A stretch of 64,000 nt of DNA from Nitrospinota bacterium (GTDB lineage Bacteria > UBA8248): the NCBI GenBank assembly GCA_036231405.1, contig JAZAHK010000046.1, positions 128,001 to 192,000 on the forward strand. Direction: 5' to 3'. Shown here piece by piece: positions 29,909 through 39,582 of the stretch. The notes below the pieces were generated by a model. The model was not told where the DNA came from, did not search any database, and worked only from the letters and a program-made list of their open reading frames with translations. Every line of letters starts with the position of its first letter. Position 1 is the first letter of the stretch. Position numbers and translations under genes: made by a program.

Positions 29909-30787
29909 TTGATTTCTTACATAAATAGATTTAGTTCACCTATGTTGGGTTATGAATTATCTTCTATGAAAGAGAGGTTCCTCCTTGCTGGTTTAGAAAG
30001 TTCTTCTCTAGATGCAGAATTGATTTTTGCTTTTGTTTTAGGAATTAGACGTTCTAAGATTTATGCTTTTCCTGAAAGATTAATTTCTCCTGAAGAGATG
30101 GCTTTAATTAAAAAGCTTAGTCAAAGAAGAGAAAATCATGAACCTATAGCTTATATTCTGAAAGAAAAAGAGTTCTGGTCTACAAAGTTCTCTCTTCATG
30201 AGAATGTTTTTATTCCTAGGCCAGAAACAGAACTACTGGTAGAACTTGCTCTCAAGAATTTAAATAAACATAATTCTTCTATTGTATTTGATATAGGATG
30301 TGGTAGCGGTGCTATTGGAATCTCAATTGCACTCCAATTAATAGACTGTAAGGTTTTTGCCTCGGATATAAGTAAAGATGCGACAGTGTGCTCTATTCAA
30401 AATGCTTCTGTAAATTTATTAAAAAATTTTTCAGTAGTTCAAACTTTTTTAATGACTGGTTTTGTTGAAAAGAATTTTGTGGATTTGATTGTTTCTAATC
30501 CTCCTTATATTGCAACTGATGAAATTCAAAATCTTGTTCCAGAGGTTGTAAATTACGAGCCCAGATTAGCACTCGATGGGGGAAAAAATGGAATGTTACA
30601 TCTATGTGCGATTATAAAAGAATCCGCGTCATATCTCGTTCCTCAAGGGACTTTATTATTAGAGATGGATCCTCATCAGGTAGGGAGTTGCATAAAAGAA
30701 ATAAATATTTCCGGTAAATATGGAGTTCCGAATGTTCATAAAGATCTTGCTGGATTAGATAGAGTAATTGAGGTTAAAAGAAACTAA
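29909..30787 (+). CDS. prmC: Release factor glutamine methyltransferase
   Basis: IPRPETE, DIGCGSG, SNPPY; follows prfA. Start uncertain. Confidence 0.95.
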   Translation: MISYINRFSSPMLGYELSSMKERFLLAGLESSSLDAELIFAFVLGIRRSKIYAFPERLISPEEMALIKKLSQRRENHEPIAYILKEKEFWSTKFSLHENVFIPRPETELLVELALKNLNKHNSSIVFDIGCGSGAIGISIALQLIDCKVFASDISKDATVCSIQNASVNLLKNFSVVQTFLMTGFVEKNFVDLIVSNPPYIATDEIQNLVPEVVNYEPRLALDGGKNGMLHLCAIIKESASYLVPQGTLLLEMDPHQVGSCIKEINISGKYGVPNVHKDLAGLDRVIEVKRN

Positions 30788-30788
30788 A

Positions 30789-32048
30789 ATGGAAAAATTT
30801 CTTATCAGCGGAGGAAGTTCTCTAAATGGAGAAATTGTTGCCAGCGGATCAAAAAATGCTGCTCTACCTTTACTTTTTCTGTGTCTAATGGCTGAAGATA
30901 AATGTGAGATTAGAAGAGTTCCAAATTTGACAGATATTCAGATCGCTTTACGACTTTTAGAAGTTTTTGGTGTCACTCATAACGCTAAGTCGAATAATTC
31001 TTTTTCTTTAGATCCCTCTAGAGTCCGTTTTGAAGTAGCCCCGTATGACTTAGTAAGTAAAATGAGGGCTTCCATTTTAATTTTAGGACCACTATTAGCT
31101 AGATTAGGTCATGCTTCAGTTCCGTTGCCTGGAGGATGCGCAATCGGGGCTAGACCTATTGACCAACATTTAAAAGGTTTAGTAGCAATGGGTGCTGATA
31201 TAAACTTAAAAAATGGTCTTATACATGCGAAAGTCGAACGTTTATGTGGAATTACCTTCAGTTTCGATATGGTAACTGTTACTGGTACTGCAAATCTCAT
31301 GATGGCAGGTGCTTTATCTAAGGGAGTGACAATTTTGAGAAATATTTCTCTTGAGCCTGAAATAATTTTCTTGTCAAACTTGTTAAATAAAATGGGAGCT
31401 AAAATACAAGTTTTGTCAGATAAAAGAACGATGGAAATAGAAGGAGTAACTTCTCTGGGAGGCTTTGAAACTGAAGTTCCACCTGACAGAGTTGAGGTTG
31501 GTACATTGATGATTGCAAGCCTTATTACTAAAGGTAAGGTTAAAATCTGTCGATGTTTTCCTGAAGATCTATCTTCTGTCATCGATTGCTTAAGTTTGGT
31601 TGGTGGTGAGATTTCTACTGGTAGTGATTGGATTGAAGTTCAAAGAAAAAATTTATTGACACCGCTAGATATAGAGACAAGTCCTTTCCCTGGATTTCCA
31701 ACAGATCTTCAGGCTCAATTTATGTCTTTAATGTGCTTAGCAAATGGAAGTTCTACTATTACTGAAACAATTTTTGAAAACAGGTTTATGCATGTAGCAG
31801 AATTGAATCGTATGGGAGCTAAGATTGTTCTTTCTGGCAGGGATGCTAAAATATCTGGTGTTAGTAGTTTGAATGGTGCTCCAGTTAATGCTACGGATCT
31901 TAGAGCAAGTGCTTCTCTAGTTCTAGCTGGTCTAGTTGCAAGAGGAGAAACGGTAATAGATTCAGTTTTCCACTTAGATAGAGGCTACGAAGCTTTGGAA
32001 GTTGGACTAAGAAGTTTGGGCGCTAAAATTGAAAGGATTCATCCATGA
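30789..32048 (+). CDS. murA: UDP-N-acetylglucosamine 1-carboxyvinyltransferase
   Basis: GSKNA, PGGCAIGARP (Cys-type), FPTDLQ, DLRA. Start set at ATG 30789. Confidence 0.98.
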   Translation: MEKFLISGGSSLNGEIVASGSKNAALPLLFLCLMAEDKCEIRRVPNLTDIQIALRLLEVFGVTHNAKSNNSFSLDPSRVRFEVAPYDLVSKMRASILILGPLLARLGHASVPLPGGCAIGARPIDQHLKGLVAMGADINLKNGLIHAKVERLCGITFSFDMVTVTGTANLMMAGALSKGVTILRNISLEPEIIFLSNLLNKMGAKIQVLSDKRTMEIEGVTSLGGFETEVPPDRVEVGTLMIASLITKGKVKICRCFPEDLSSVIDCLSLVGGEISTGSDWIEVQRKNLLTPLDIETSPFPGFPTDLQAQFMSLMCLANGSSTITETIFENRFMHVAELNRMGAKIVLSGRDAKISGVSSLNGAPVNATDLRASASLVLAGLVARGETVIDSVFHLDRGYEALEVGLRSLGAKIERIHP

Positions 32049-32707
32049 ACCAAAAAAAAGATGCAAAAGACTTTTTGACGATTGCACTCCCAAAAGGTCG
32101 AGTTTTTCAGGGTGCAGTAGAGAGACTATTGGATGCAGGTCTTTTATCTGAAAGTATTTCTGATTCCTCAAGGGTTCTGATAAAAGATGATAAAAAAACA
32201 AATCTACGCGTTTTAATTTTAAGAAATTATGATGTACCTACGTATATTGCTAGAGGTATTGCTGATTTAGGAGTAATTGGAAAGGATGTTTTGTTGGAGC
32301 AAGAGCAGCTTTTATATGAACCATTAGATCTTCTTTTCGCACCTTGTAGGTTAATGGTCGCAGGGCCAATTGGTTGTAAATGGAAAGAAATATCTAGCAT
32401 GACTGACTTAACAGTTGCTACAAAATTTCCTGTAATAGCCGAACGGTTTTTTTCAGAAAATGGCATACAAGCGAGGATTGTACATTTATATGGTAATGTT
32501 GAGATTGCCCCTTTAACTGGGGTGGCAGATATAATAGTTGATCTTGTAGATACTGGTAAAACTTTGAAAGCAAATAGATTGATTCCAATAAAAGAGATCT
32601 TTTCATCAACTGCTCGTTTAGTTGTTAACAGAGCGAGTATGAAGATCAAAAATAAAAATATTTCCTCTTTTATTAGAAAGTTGAAAGGGGTTTGTAAGAA
32701 AAGCTGA
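32045..32707 (+). CDS. hisG: ATP phosphoribosyltransferase, short form
   Basis: ALPKGR, VATKF, DLVDTGKTL; lacks the C-terminal regulatory domain. Confidence 0.95.
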   Translation: MNQKKDAKDFLTIALPKGRVFQGAVERLLDAGLLSESISDSSRVLIKDDKKTNLRVLILRNYDVPTYIARGIADLGVIGKDVLLEQEQLLYEPLDLLFAPCRLMVAGPIGCKWKEISSMTDLTVATKFPVIAERFFSENGIQARIVHLYGNVEIAPLTGVADIIVDLVDTGKTLKANRLIPIKEIFSSTARLVVNRASMKIKNKNISSFIRKLKGVCKKS

Positions 32708-32731
32708 AGAATTCTTGTTCGTAAAATAAAG

Positions 32732-34051
32732 ATGAGGAAAGTGTTGAAAAAAATTCGCTATAAAACTGAGAATTCAAGAGACGAGGTTAGGAATTTATCC
32801 TTACACGGCAAAATCCCAGAAAAAGTAAATGGCATACCTGAAATTATTCAAAAAGTAAAAGAAAACGGTGACTCTGCTTTGTTAGAACTTACTCGTCTTT
32901 ACGATGGAGTCAATTTTCCTAATGGTATTATTCAAATAACCAAGGAAGATTTAGAAACGGGGTATAATTCTTTAAATGACAAAATTATTGATGCTCTTAC
33001 TTTGTCAGCAAAGCGTATACAGGAATTTCATCAATTACAGTTACCTCAAACAATTTCTTTAATGAAGAAGCAATCTCGCGAGATTTCTTACGTTCCAAGT
33101 CCTCTTGAAAGAGTAGGTCTATATGTTCCGGGTGGAAGGGGAGCCTATCCTTCTACTGTTCTAATGAACGCAATTCCTGCAAAGGTTGCAGGTGTAAGAG
33201 AAATTATTTTGTGCACTCCACCTTCTTCAGATGGAAAGGTTCCTGATTCAGTTCTTGTGGCAGCTTCAATTTCGGGAGTAGATAAAATCTTTTCAGTTGG
33301 AGGTGCTCAATCCATAGCAGCTATGGCATTCGGGACAGATACAATTCCTAAGGTAGATAAGATAGTAGGTCCTGGAAATGCTTATGTTTTGGAAGCTAAA
33401 CGTTTAGTGAGTAATGTAGTTGCAATTGATAAGGACGCTGGTCCTAGTGAGATAGTTATTTTGATAGACGAGACTACTCCGATTGATTGGGCTGTCGCAG
33501 ATCTTTTTGCTCAAGCTGAACATGATCCTGATGCTATGGCAATTGCTGTTTGTCTTAGCGAGGATGTCTCTGTTTCAGTTGAAAAAGAAATTGAAAACCA
33601 AATTATTTATCAAGATAGAAAAGAAGTGATACAGAAATCTCTTTCTTCTAGAGGTGCAATTATTCAAGTAGATTCAATTGAAGATGCTATTCAAGTTATA
33701 GATGATATTGCTCCTGAACACTTGCAAATAATGATTGAAAATTCTGCGCATATAGCGGAGAGAGTTTTAAGTGCAGGGTCAATTTTTTATGGTTCATGGA
33801 GTTCAGCTGTTTTTGGGGATTATATAGTTGGGATAAATCATGTTTTGCCAACAGGTAGTTCTGCGAGATTTTCTTCGCCCCTCAGTGTTTTGGATTTTAT
33901 AAAATGGACTAATGTTGTATCTCTGGATAGCGAATACGCTAGCTCTTTAGTAGAATCTGCTGCTTTATTGGCAGAAACTGAGGGGCTAAGCGCTCATGCA
34001 AGGGCTCTCCGTATTCGTTTGAGCAAAGATGCAAAAACTATTTCAAATTGA
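32732..34051 (+). CDS. hisD: Histidinol dehydrogenase
   Basis: YVPGG, GPGN, AGPSE, QAEHD, APEHL, NHVLPT. Confidence 0.96.
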   Translation: MRKVLKKIRYKTENSRDEVRNLSLHGKIPEKVNGIPEIIQKVKENGDSALLELTRLYDGVNFPNGIIQITKEDLETGYNSLNDKIIDALTLSAKRIQEFHQLQLPQTISLMKKQSREISYVPSPLERVGLYVPGGRGAYPSTVLMNAIPAKVAGVREIILCTPPSSDGKVPDSVLVAASISGVDKIFSVGGAQSIAAMAFGTDTIPKVDKIVGPGNAYVLEAKRLVSNVVAIDKDAGPSEIVILIDETTPIDWAVADLFAQAEHDPDAMAIAVCLSEDVSVSVEKEIENQIIYQDRKEVIQKSLSSRGAIIQVDSIEDAIQVIDDIAPEHLQIMIENSAHIAERVLSAGSIFYGSWSSAVFGDYIVGINHVLPTGSSARFSSPLSVLDFIKWTNVVSLDSEYASSLVESAALLAETEGLSAHARALRIRLSKDAKTISN

Positions 34052-34133
34052 AACTTTAATTGTTTTGTATTTTGAATGTTATTTTTTGTATGATTTATAG
34101 TGCATTTGTCTTGTTTCTTTGGGAGGGAATAAT

Positions 34134-34739
34134 TTGCTGAATAGTTATCAGAAAAGGAAAGCAACCGTTAGTAGAGCCACTAAAGAGACTAAGTTTGATA
34201 TTTATGTTTGCATAGATGGGGAAGGGGTTTCCGATATTAATACAGGAATTGGCTTCTTCGATCATATGCTTTCCCAAGTTGCAAAACATGGGATGTTAGA
34301 TTTAGAAATTATCGGGAACGGTGATTTGGAAGTAGATGGACATCATACTGTAGAGGATGTAGGAATTTTACTCGGACAGGCTTTGTCTAAGTCCCTAGGC
34401 GACCGTGCGGGAATTACTCGCTTTGCAGATGTAAGGATTCCTATGATGGATTCTTGTGCCACGATTTGCCTGGATTCAGTCGGGAGGGGAAATCTTGTTT
34501 TTAAGGCGCGGTTCCCTGACTCTTTGGTTGGAGAGTTTGATACATCTTTGGTACAAGAGTTTTTTTGGTCGCTTTCTAATCATGCAAAAATAGATTTGCA
34601 TATTGAAGTTCACTATGGGTTTAACAGTCACCACATGATTGAATGTATATTCAAAGGGTTTGCGAGAGCACTACGAAGCGCCTTCTCAATCGATGAGTTG
34701 TCAAATGGAGTTCCTAGTACAAAAGGTTCTATGTTCTAA
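34134..34739 (+). CDS. hisB: Imidazoleglycerol-phosphate dehydratase
   Basis: TGIGFFDHML, HHTVED, NSHH. Start set at TTG 34134 after GGGAGG. Confidence 0.96.
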   Translation: MLNSYQKRKATVSRATKETKFDIYVCIDGEGVSDINTGIGFFDHMLSQVAKHGMLDLEIIGNGDLEVDGHHTVEDVGILLGQALSKSLGDRAGITRFADVRIPMMDSCATICLDSVGRGNLVFKARFPDSLVGEFDTSLVQEFFWSLSNHAKIDLHIEVHYGFNSHHMIECIFKGFARALRSAFSIDELSNGVPSTKGSMF

Positions 34740-34757
34740 TTCGAAAATTGAGTTGAA

Positions 34758-35387
34758 ATGTCTAAATTAGTAGTCATCGATTATGAAATGGGAAATATGC
34801 TTAGTGTTAAAAATGCATTAGGTCATATTGATGCAGATTATTTCATGAGTTCGAATGCATTAGATTTGGACGACGCTAATGGGATTATTTTGCCTGGCGT
34901 TGGTGGGTTTCCTGAATGCATGCGCGCATTACATAATTTTGGTTTGGTAGAAGCTATTAGGAAGGCAATTGAAAAGGGGGTTCCTTTCTTAGGTGTTTGT
35001 TTAGGGTTGCAAGTACTTTTTCAAGAAAGTGAGGAGTTTGGTAATACAGAGGGATTGAGCGTTTTCGAAGGTACAGTGAGGAGGTTCCCAAAATCTTTTG
35101 CCCTGAAAGTTCCACATATGGGATGGAATCAAATTCGTTTAACTAATCCTTGTTGCATTTTGAAGGATGTTGAGGAATCAGATTATTTTTATTTTGTACA
35201 CTCTTTTTATGTGGAAGAAGTCCCTGGGTTATTGTCTCATGTAACTTCTTTTTCTGACTATGGAATTTCTTTTGTGGCAAGTATTCAAAAAGATAATGTA
35301 TTCGCAACTCAGTTTCATCCTGAAAAGAGTGGTCTAAAGGGACTGAAGATTCTGAAAAATTTTGTCTCTTTTTGTGAGCAAAACTGA
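34758..35387 (+). CDS. hisH: Imidazole glycerol phosphate synthase, glutaminase subunit
   Basis: PGVG, GVCLG, PHMGWN, QFHPEKS. Confidence 0.97.
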   Translation: MSKLVVIDYEMGNMLSVKNALGHIDADYFMSSNALDLDDANGIILPGVGGFPECMRALHNFGLVEAIRKAIEKGVPFLGVCLGLQVLFQESEEFGNTEGLSVFEGTVRRFPKSFALKVPHMGWNQIRLTNPCCILKDVEESDYFYFVHSFYVEEVPGLLSHVTSFSDYGISFVASIQKDNVFATQFHPEKSGLKGLKILKNFVSFCEQN

Positions 35388-35409
35388 AGTTTTTTTAGTT
35401 GAGGGCAAA

Positions 35410-36135
35410 GTGCTAGTTATTCCTGCAGTAGACCTTAAAGACGGCAAGTGTGTGAGATTAATTCAAGGGGAAGTGGACCGTGAAATAATCTATGATTCTG
35501 ATCCAGTTAAAATGGCATTGCATTGGGTCGAACAAGGGGCTACTCGTCTACATTTAATAGATCTTGATGGGGCACTGAAGGGAAGACCGGTTCATCTCGA
35601 TGTGCTCTCTTCTATTGCAAAGAATATTAATATTCCGATCCAGTTTGGTGGTGGAATTAGGGATGAAGAAACTTTAAAATTAGTTATAGATTCAGGAGCA
35701 AGTTTTGCGATTTTGGGTACAACTGCAGTTGAAAATCCTGAATTTGTTAAAATTGTTGCAAGGCAATACCCTAAGCAAGTGATACTAAGCATTGATTCTT
35801 TTAATGATCAAATTAGGGTTTCGGGATGGAAGTCTGAGCGAAACATTACTCCAGAGGAACTTGCTGAAAACTTTCTTCAAGTTCCATTAGCGAATTTCAT
35901 TATCACTGATATTAGCCGTGATGGTATGCTTGAAGGTTTTGATTCTAGTCTTTCTCTTCGAATAGCGAAAATATCTGGGAAATCTGTAATAGCTGCCGGT
36001 GGGATTACAGACATTGAAGATATCAAGAATGCTATTCCCCTGTTTTCAAAAGGTTTGGTAGGTGTTGTAGTTGGACGAGCGCTTTATGAAAAAACTTTGG
36101 ATTTTAAAGAAGCATTGGAATTGGTAAATTGCTAG
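35410..36135 (+). CDS. hisA: ProFAR isomerase
   Basis: [26 protein letters not shown]. Start set at GTG 35410 after GAGGG. Confidence 0.96.
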   Translation: MLVIPAVDLKDGKCVRLIQGEVDREIIYDSDPVKMALHWVEQGATRLHLIDLDGALKGRPVHLDVLSSIAKNINIPIQFGGGIRDEETLKLVIDSGASFAILGTTAVENPEFVKIVARQYPKQVILSIDSFNDQIRVSGWKSERNITPEELAENFLQVPLANFIITDISRDGMLEGFDSSLSLRIAKISGKSVIAAGGITDIEDIKNAIPLFSKGLVGVVVGRALYEKTLDFKEALELVNC

Positions 36136-36899
36136 CTAAACGAATAATCCCCTGTCTGGATGTTAAAAATGGCAGAGTTGTGAAAGGAGTGCGTTTTGAA
36201 AGTCTCCGTGATGCTGGAGATCCTGTTAGTTGTGCAAAAGCATATTATGAGATGGGGGCTGACGAAATTTGTTTCTTGGATATTACTGCGTCTCAGGAAG
36301 AAAGAGGAACCTTGCTTAAGGTAGTGGAGAAGACCGCGAAAGAAGTTTTTGTTCCGCTTACGGTCGGAGGTGGGGTAAGGAGCGTAGATGATGTTGCTTT
36401 ATTACTTCGCGCTGGGGCTGATAAAGTTAGTATCAATAGTGCAGCATTAAAAGATCCGAAAGTATTGAAAGAATCTGCGAATCGTTTTGGCAGTTCTACA
36501 ATTGTATGTGCAATAGATGCAAAAAGTGTTTCTTCTGATGTAAATGCACCTAGATGGGAAGTTTTTTCACATGGTGGGACAAGGACAACAGGACGAGACG
36601 TAATGGATTGGGCTTCAAAATCTTCAGAACTCGGTGCTGGCGAGATACTTTTGACTAGCATGGATCGTGATGGGACAAAGATTGGATATGATATACAATT
36701 GACAAGATCGGTTGTTGAAAAAGTATCCGTGCCAGTTATAGCTTCAGGAGGCGTAGGGAACTTGGAACATTTGTATGAAGGGCTATGTAAAGCTGGAGCA
36801 AATTCAGTGCTCGCTGCTAGCATTTTTCATTTTGCAGATTACTCGATTCAAGAGGCGAAAGAATTCCTCAGGGAAAGGAATGTAGAGGTGAGAATGTGA
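36129..36899 (+). CDS. hisF: Imidazole glycerol phosphate synthase, cyclase subunit
   Basis: [30 protein letters not shown]. Confidence 0.98.
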   Translation: MLAKRIIPCLDVKNGRVVKGVRFESLRDAGDPVSCAKAYYEMGADEICFLDITASQEERGTLLKVVEKTAKEVFVPLTVGGGVRSVDDVALLLRAGADKVSINSAALKDPKVLKESANRFGSSTIVCAIDAKSVSSDVNAPRWEVFSHGGTRTTGRDVMDWASKSSELGAGEILLTSMDRDGTKIGYDIQLTRSVVEKVSVPVIASGGVGNLEHLYEGLCKAGANSVLAASIFHFADYSIQEAKEFLRERNVEVRM

Positions 36900-37561
36900 G
36901 TAATGATTTGCTTTCTCAAATTAAATGGGGTGGCGACGGATTGATCCCTGCAATTTGTCAAGATATCTCCACAGGACAGATACTGATGATGGCTTGGGTT
37001 AATTCAGAAGCTTTATCCTTAACTCTAGAAAAGAAGAGAGTGCATTTTTGGTCTCGGTCGAGAAAAATAATATGGGAGAAAGGAGAAACTTCAGGTAATT
37101 TTTTAAACCTTGAAGATGCGAGTTTGGATTGTGATTTTGATTCAATTCTTTTTTTGGTTTCTCCAAACGGACCGGCGTGCCATACAAATAGAATGTCATG
37201 TTTTTTTAATGAGATTCTTCCTAAAGAAGGGTCTAAAGAATTCTTTTTTAATCACAATTTTTTAGAATCCATATACAAACTGATTCAAGAAAGAAAACTA
37301 ACGGGTAATTTAGACGAAAGTTATGTCGCTAGATTATTTTCGAAAGGCAAGAGTAGGATTGCAAAGAAAGTAGGAGAAGAAGCATCTGAAGTGGTAATTG
37401 CGATGATGAACTCCAACCGTAATGAAATAATCGAGGAAATGAGTGATCTCTGGTTCCATTTGTTAGTTGCTATGGTTTCGAGTGAACTTCCTCCCGGAGA
37501 GATATTGTCGAAGTTGGCTGAACGATTTGGTAAAGGTGGTAGAAACGAATCCGAAAGGTAG
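36896..37561 (+). CDS. hisIE: Bifunctional phosphoribosyl-AMP cyclohydrolase / phosphoribosyl-ATP pyrophosphatase
   Basis: KGETSG, DCDFD, ACHT, then KKVGEEASE and DLWFH. Confidence 0.95.
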   Translation: MSNDLLSQIKWGGDGLIPAICQDISTGQILMMAWVNSEALSLTLEKKRVHFWSRSRKIIWEKGETSGNFLNLEDASLDCDFDSILFLVSPNGPACHTNRMSCFFNEILPKEGSKEFFFNHNFLESIYKLIQERKLTGNLDESYVARLFSKGKSRIAKKVGEEASEVVIAMMNSNRNEIIEEMSDLWFHLLVAMVSSELPPGEILSKLAERFGKGGRNESER

Positions 37562-37638
37562 TGATTTGTCCGATTTTTTATAATTTTCCAATTGTTGAAA
37601 GTTTTTATTCATTTCGGAAAAGATAATCGGAGGTTAAT

Positions 37639-39522
37639 TTGGGTCTTATTCCTGAAAATATCATTGACGAATTACGAGAATCTACTCCTATAGATCAAGT
37701 AATTAGCGAATATGTTTCTTTGAAAAAGGCAGGTTCCAATTTCATGGGACTTTGTCCCTTCCACGAAGAGAAAACTCCATCATTCAGTGTGAATCCAAGA
37801 CTTGGTATTTTTAAATGTTTTGGTTGTGGTGAAGGGGGGAATGTTTTTAAATTTTTGATGTCACATGAAAAAATGAATTTTATTGAATCTGTCCAATTTC
37901 TCGCTCGTAAACAGGGGATAGATGTTTCACGTTTTTTGGACTCAAACAAGAATGAAAATGATACGAGAGGAAGAGATAGGATAATACAAATTAACAATTT
38001 AGCCCTAAATTTTTTCCAAGAAGCGTTGAAACATAAAATTGGGTCTAAGGCAAGGGATTACTTGCAAAGTCGTACCATAAACAAAAATTCTCAAGAAATT
38101 TTCAAAATAGGTTTTGCGCCGAGAGGATGGGATTTTCTTCTCAAAGCTTTGGGGAAGAGGGGAGTTTCTGAAGAAGAACTTATGGTCGCAGGATTGGTTT
38201 CAAAAAAGGAGGGCCAGAAAGGGTTTTACGATCGTTTTAGAGATAGGATCATTTTTCCAATTTATGATTTTGGTGGCAATCCAATTGCTTTTGGCGGTCG
38301 TTTGTTGCCTGACTCTGAAAATAAAAACGACCGAGCTAAATATCTTAATTCCCCAGAAACTTCAGTGTTCAAGAAATCTAGGACTATGTATGGCCTTAAT
38401 CTTGCACGTGAAAAAATGAGGTCGAATAAGAAAGTTATCGTTGTTGAGGGCTATTTTGATGTTATTACTTTATTCCAAAACGGATTTGATTTTTCGGTTG
38501 CAACATTAGGTGTGGCCTTTACCCAAGATCATCTCCGTCTTCTAAGATCCCATGCTGAGGAATTTCTTTTTGTTTTTGACCCGGATGAAGCAGGAGAGGC
38601 AGCTACTGAAAGAGCAGGTATAGTTGTTGGTAATTCTATGAATCTTTCCTATGTCCCTAAAGGTCTACTGTCGAGTCAGATTTTAGGTGAAGATTTCGTT
38701 GACAAAAGGGGCGCTGGAACTGTAGATATACGCGTTGTTGCTCTGTCAGATAACTTAGATGTAGATGAATTTTTGAGAACTAAGGGGGCAGATGAATTAG
38801 AAAAACTTCTTGCCTCTTCTGAAGGTTTGCTAGAGAGGACTGTCAGAATGACTCTTGATAACGTTGATACAAGTTCTACTAAATCAAAGAAAATTGATGC
38901 AATTGAGAAAATACTTCCTCTTCTTGCTGCGAGTCATAGGAGCGTTCAAGAGCAATTTTTTTCTCTTCTCGAAATTCGTCTTGGAATCCCGTATCCTACG
39001 CTTTCCTCAATGTTAGATAGGAAGATAAAAAATCGGAATTCCTCTTCTAAAAAGAGTGCCTCAATTACTCTTGTTGATGCGAAGAAAAAGCCACCTAAAA
39101 TAGAAATAGATTTTTTAGAGCTGTTGTTGCATAGACCTGATTTAATTGATCTGAAGACAATTGATATGTCTTTTTTTTCTGATTCTATTGTTAGAACTAT
39201 ATTAATTGAGTTGCGAGATGTTTCAGAAAAGGGTATTAGAATGTCTGCTGCATCTTTGTTAGATCATTTAGACGATGAAGTTGCGCGTTCATTGGTTATT
39301 GAGTTATCTTCTTCTCAGTTAGGAGATGAACGCGATGAAGAGGAAGCCCTTGATTGCCTCTCACGTCTCAGGGAGATAAAACTCCGACGTGAACAGGAGA
39401 AGTTTAATCAGAAAATTTACAATATTTCTAGAGAAAAGGGTGATAATGCCGAAATTTTATGGGACTTACTGGAGCAAAAGAATAAATTGTTGAAAGAAAA
39501 ACAAAAAGATGTTTCTTCTTGA
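37639..39522 (+). CDS. dnaG: DNA primase
   Basis: CPFH...CFGC zinc domain, KYLNSPET, EGYFD, DPD. Confidence 0.97.
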   Translation: MGLIPENIIDELRESTPIDQVISEYVSLKKAGSNFMGLCPFHEEKTPSFSVNPRLGIFKCFGCGEGGNVFKFLMSHEKMNFIESVQFLARKQGIDVSRFLDSNKNENDTRGRDRIIQINNLALNFFQEALKHKIGSKARDYLQSRTINKNSQEIFKIGFAPRGWDFLLKALGKRGVSEEELMVAGLVSKKEGQKGFYDRFRDRIIFPIYDFGGNPIAFGGRLLPDSENKNDRAKYLNSPETSVFKKSRTMYGLNLAREKMRSNKKVIVVEGYFDVITLFQNGFDFSVATLGVAFTQDHLRLLRSHAEEFLFVFDPDEAGEAATERAGIVVGNSMNLSYVPKGLLSSQILGEDFVDKRGAGTVDIRVVALSDNLDVDEFLRTKGADELEKLLASSEGLLERTVRMTLDNVDTSSTKSKKIDAIEKILPLLAASHRSVQEQFFSLLEIRLGIPYPTLSSMLDRKIKNRNSSSKKSASITLVDAKKKPPKIEIDFLELLLHRPDLIDLKTIDMSFFSDSIVRTILIELRDVSEKGIRMSAASLLDHLDDEVARSLVIELSSSQLGDERDEEEALDCLSRLREIKLRREQEKFNQKIYNISREKGDNAEILWDLLEQKNKLLKEKQKDVSS

Positions 39523-39582
39523 AAGTTTTAAATTTTGCACTTTAATTCATGGTACTTCAGATTCCAATAGAAGGAGTTAAAT

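Noticed and set aside
32045-37561. hisC and hisZ missing from the his operon
   Set aside because: They are commonly encoded elsewhere. Short HisG implies hisZ at another locus, which cannot be judged from this window.
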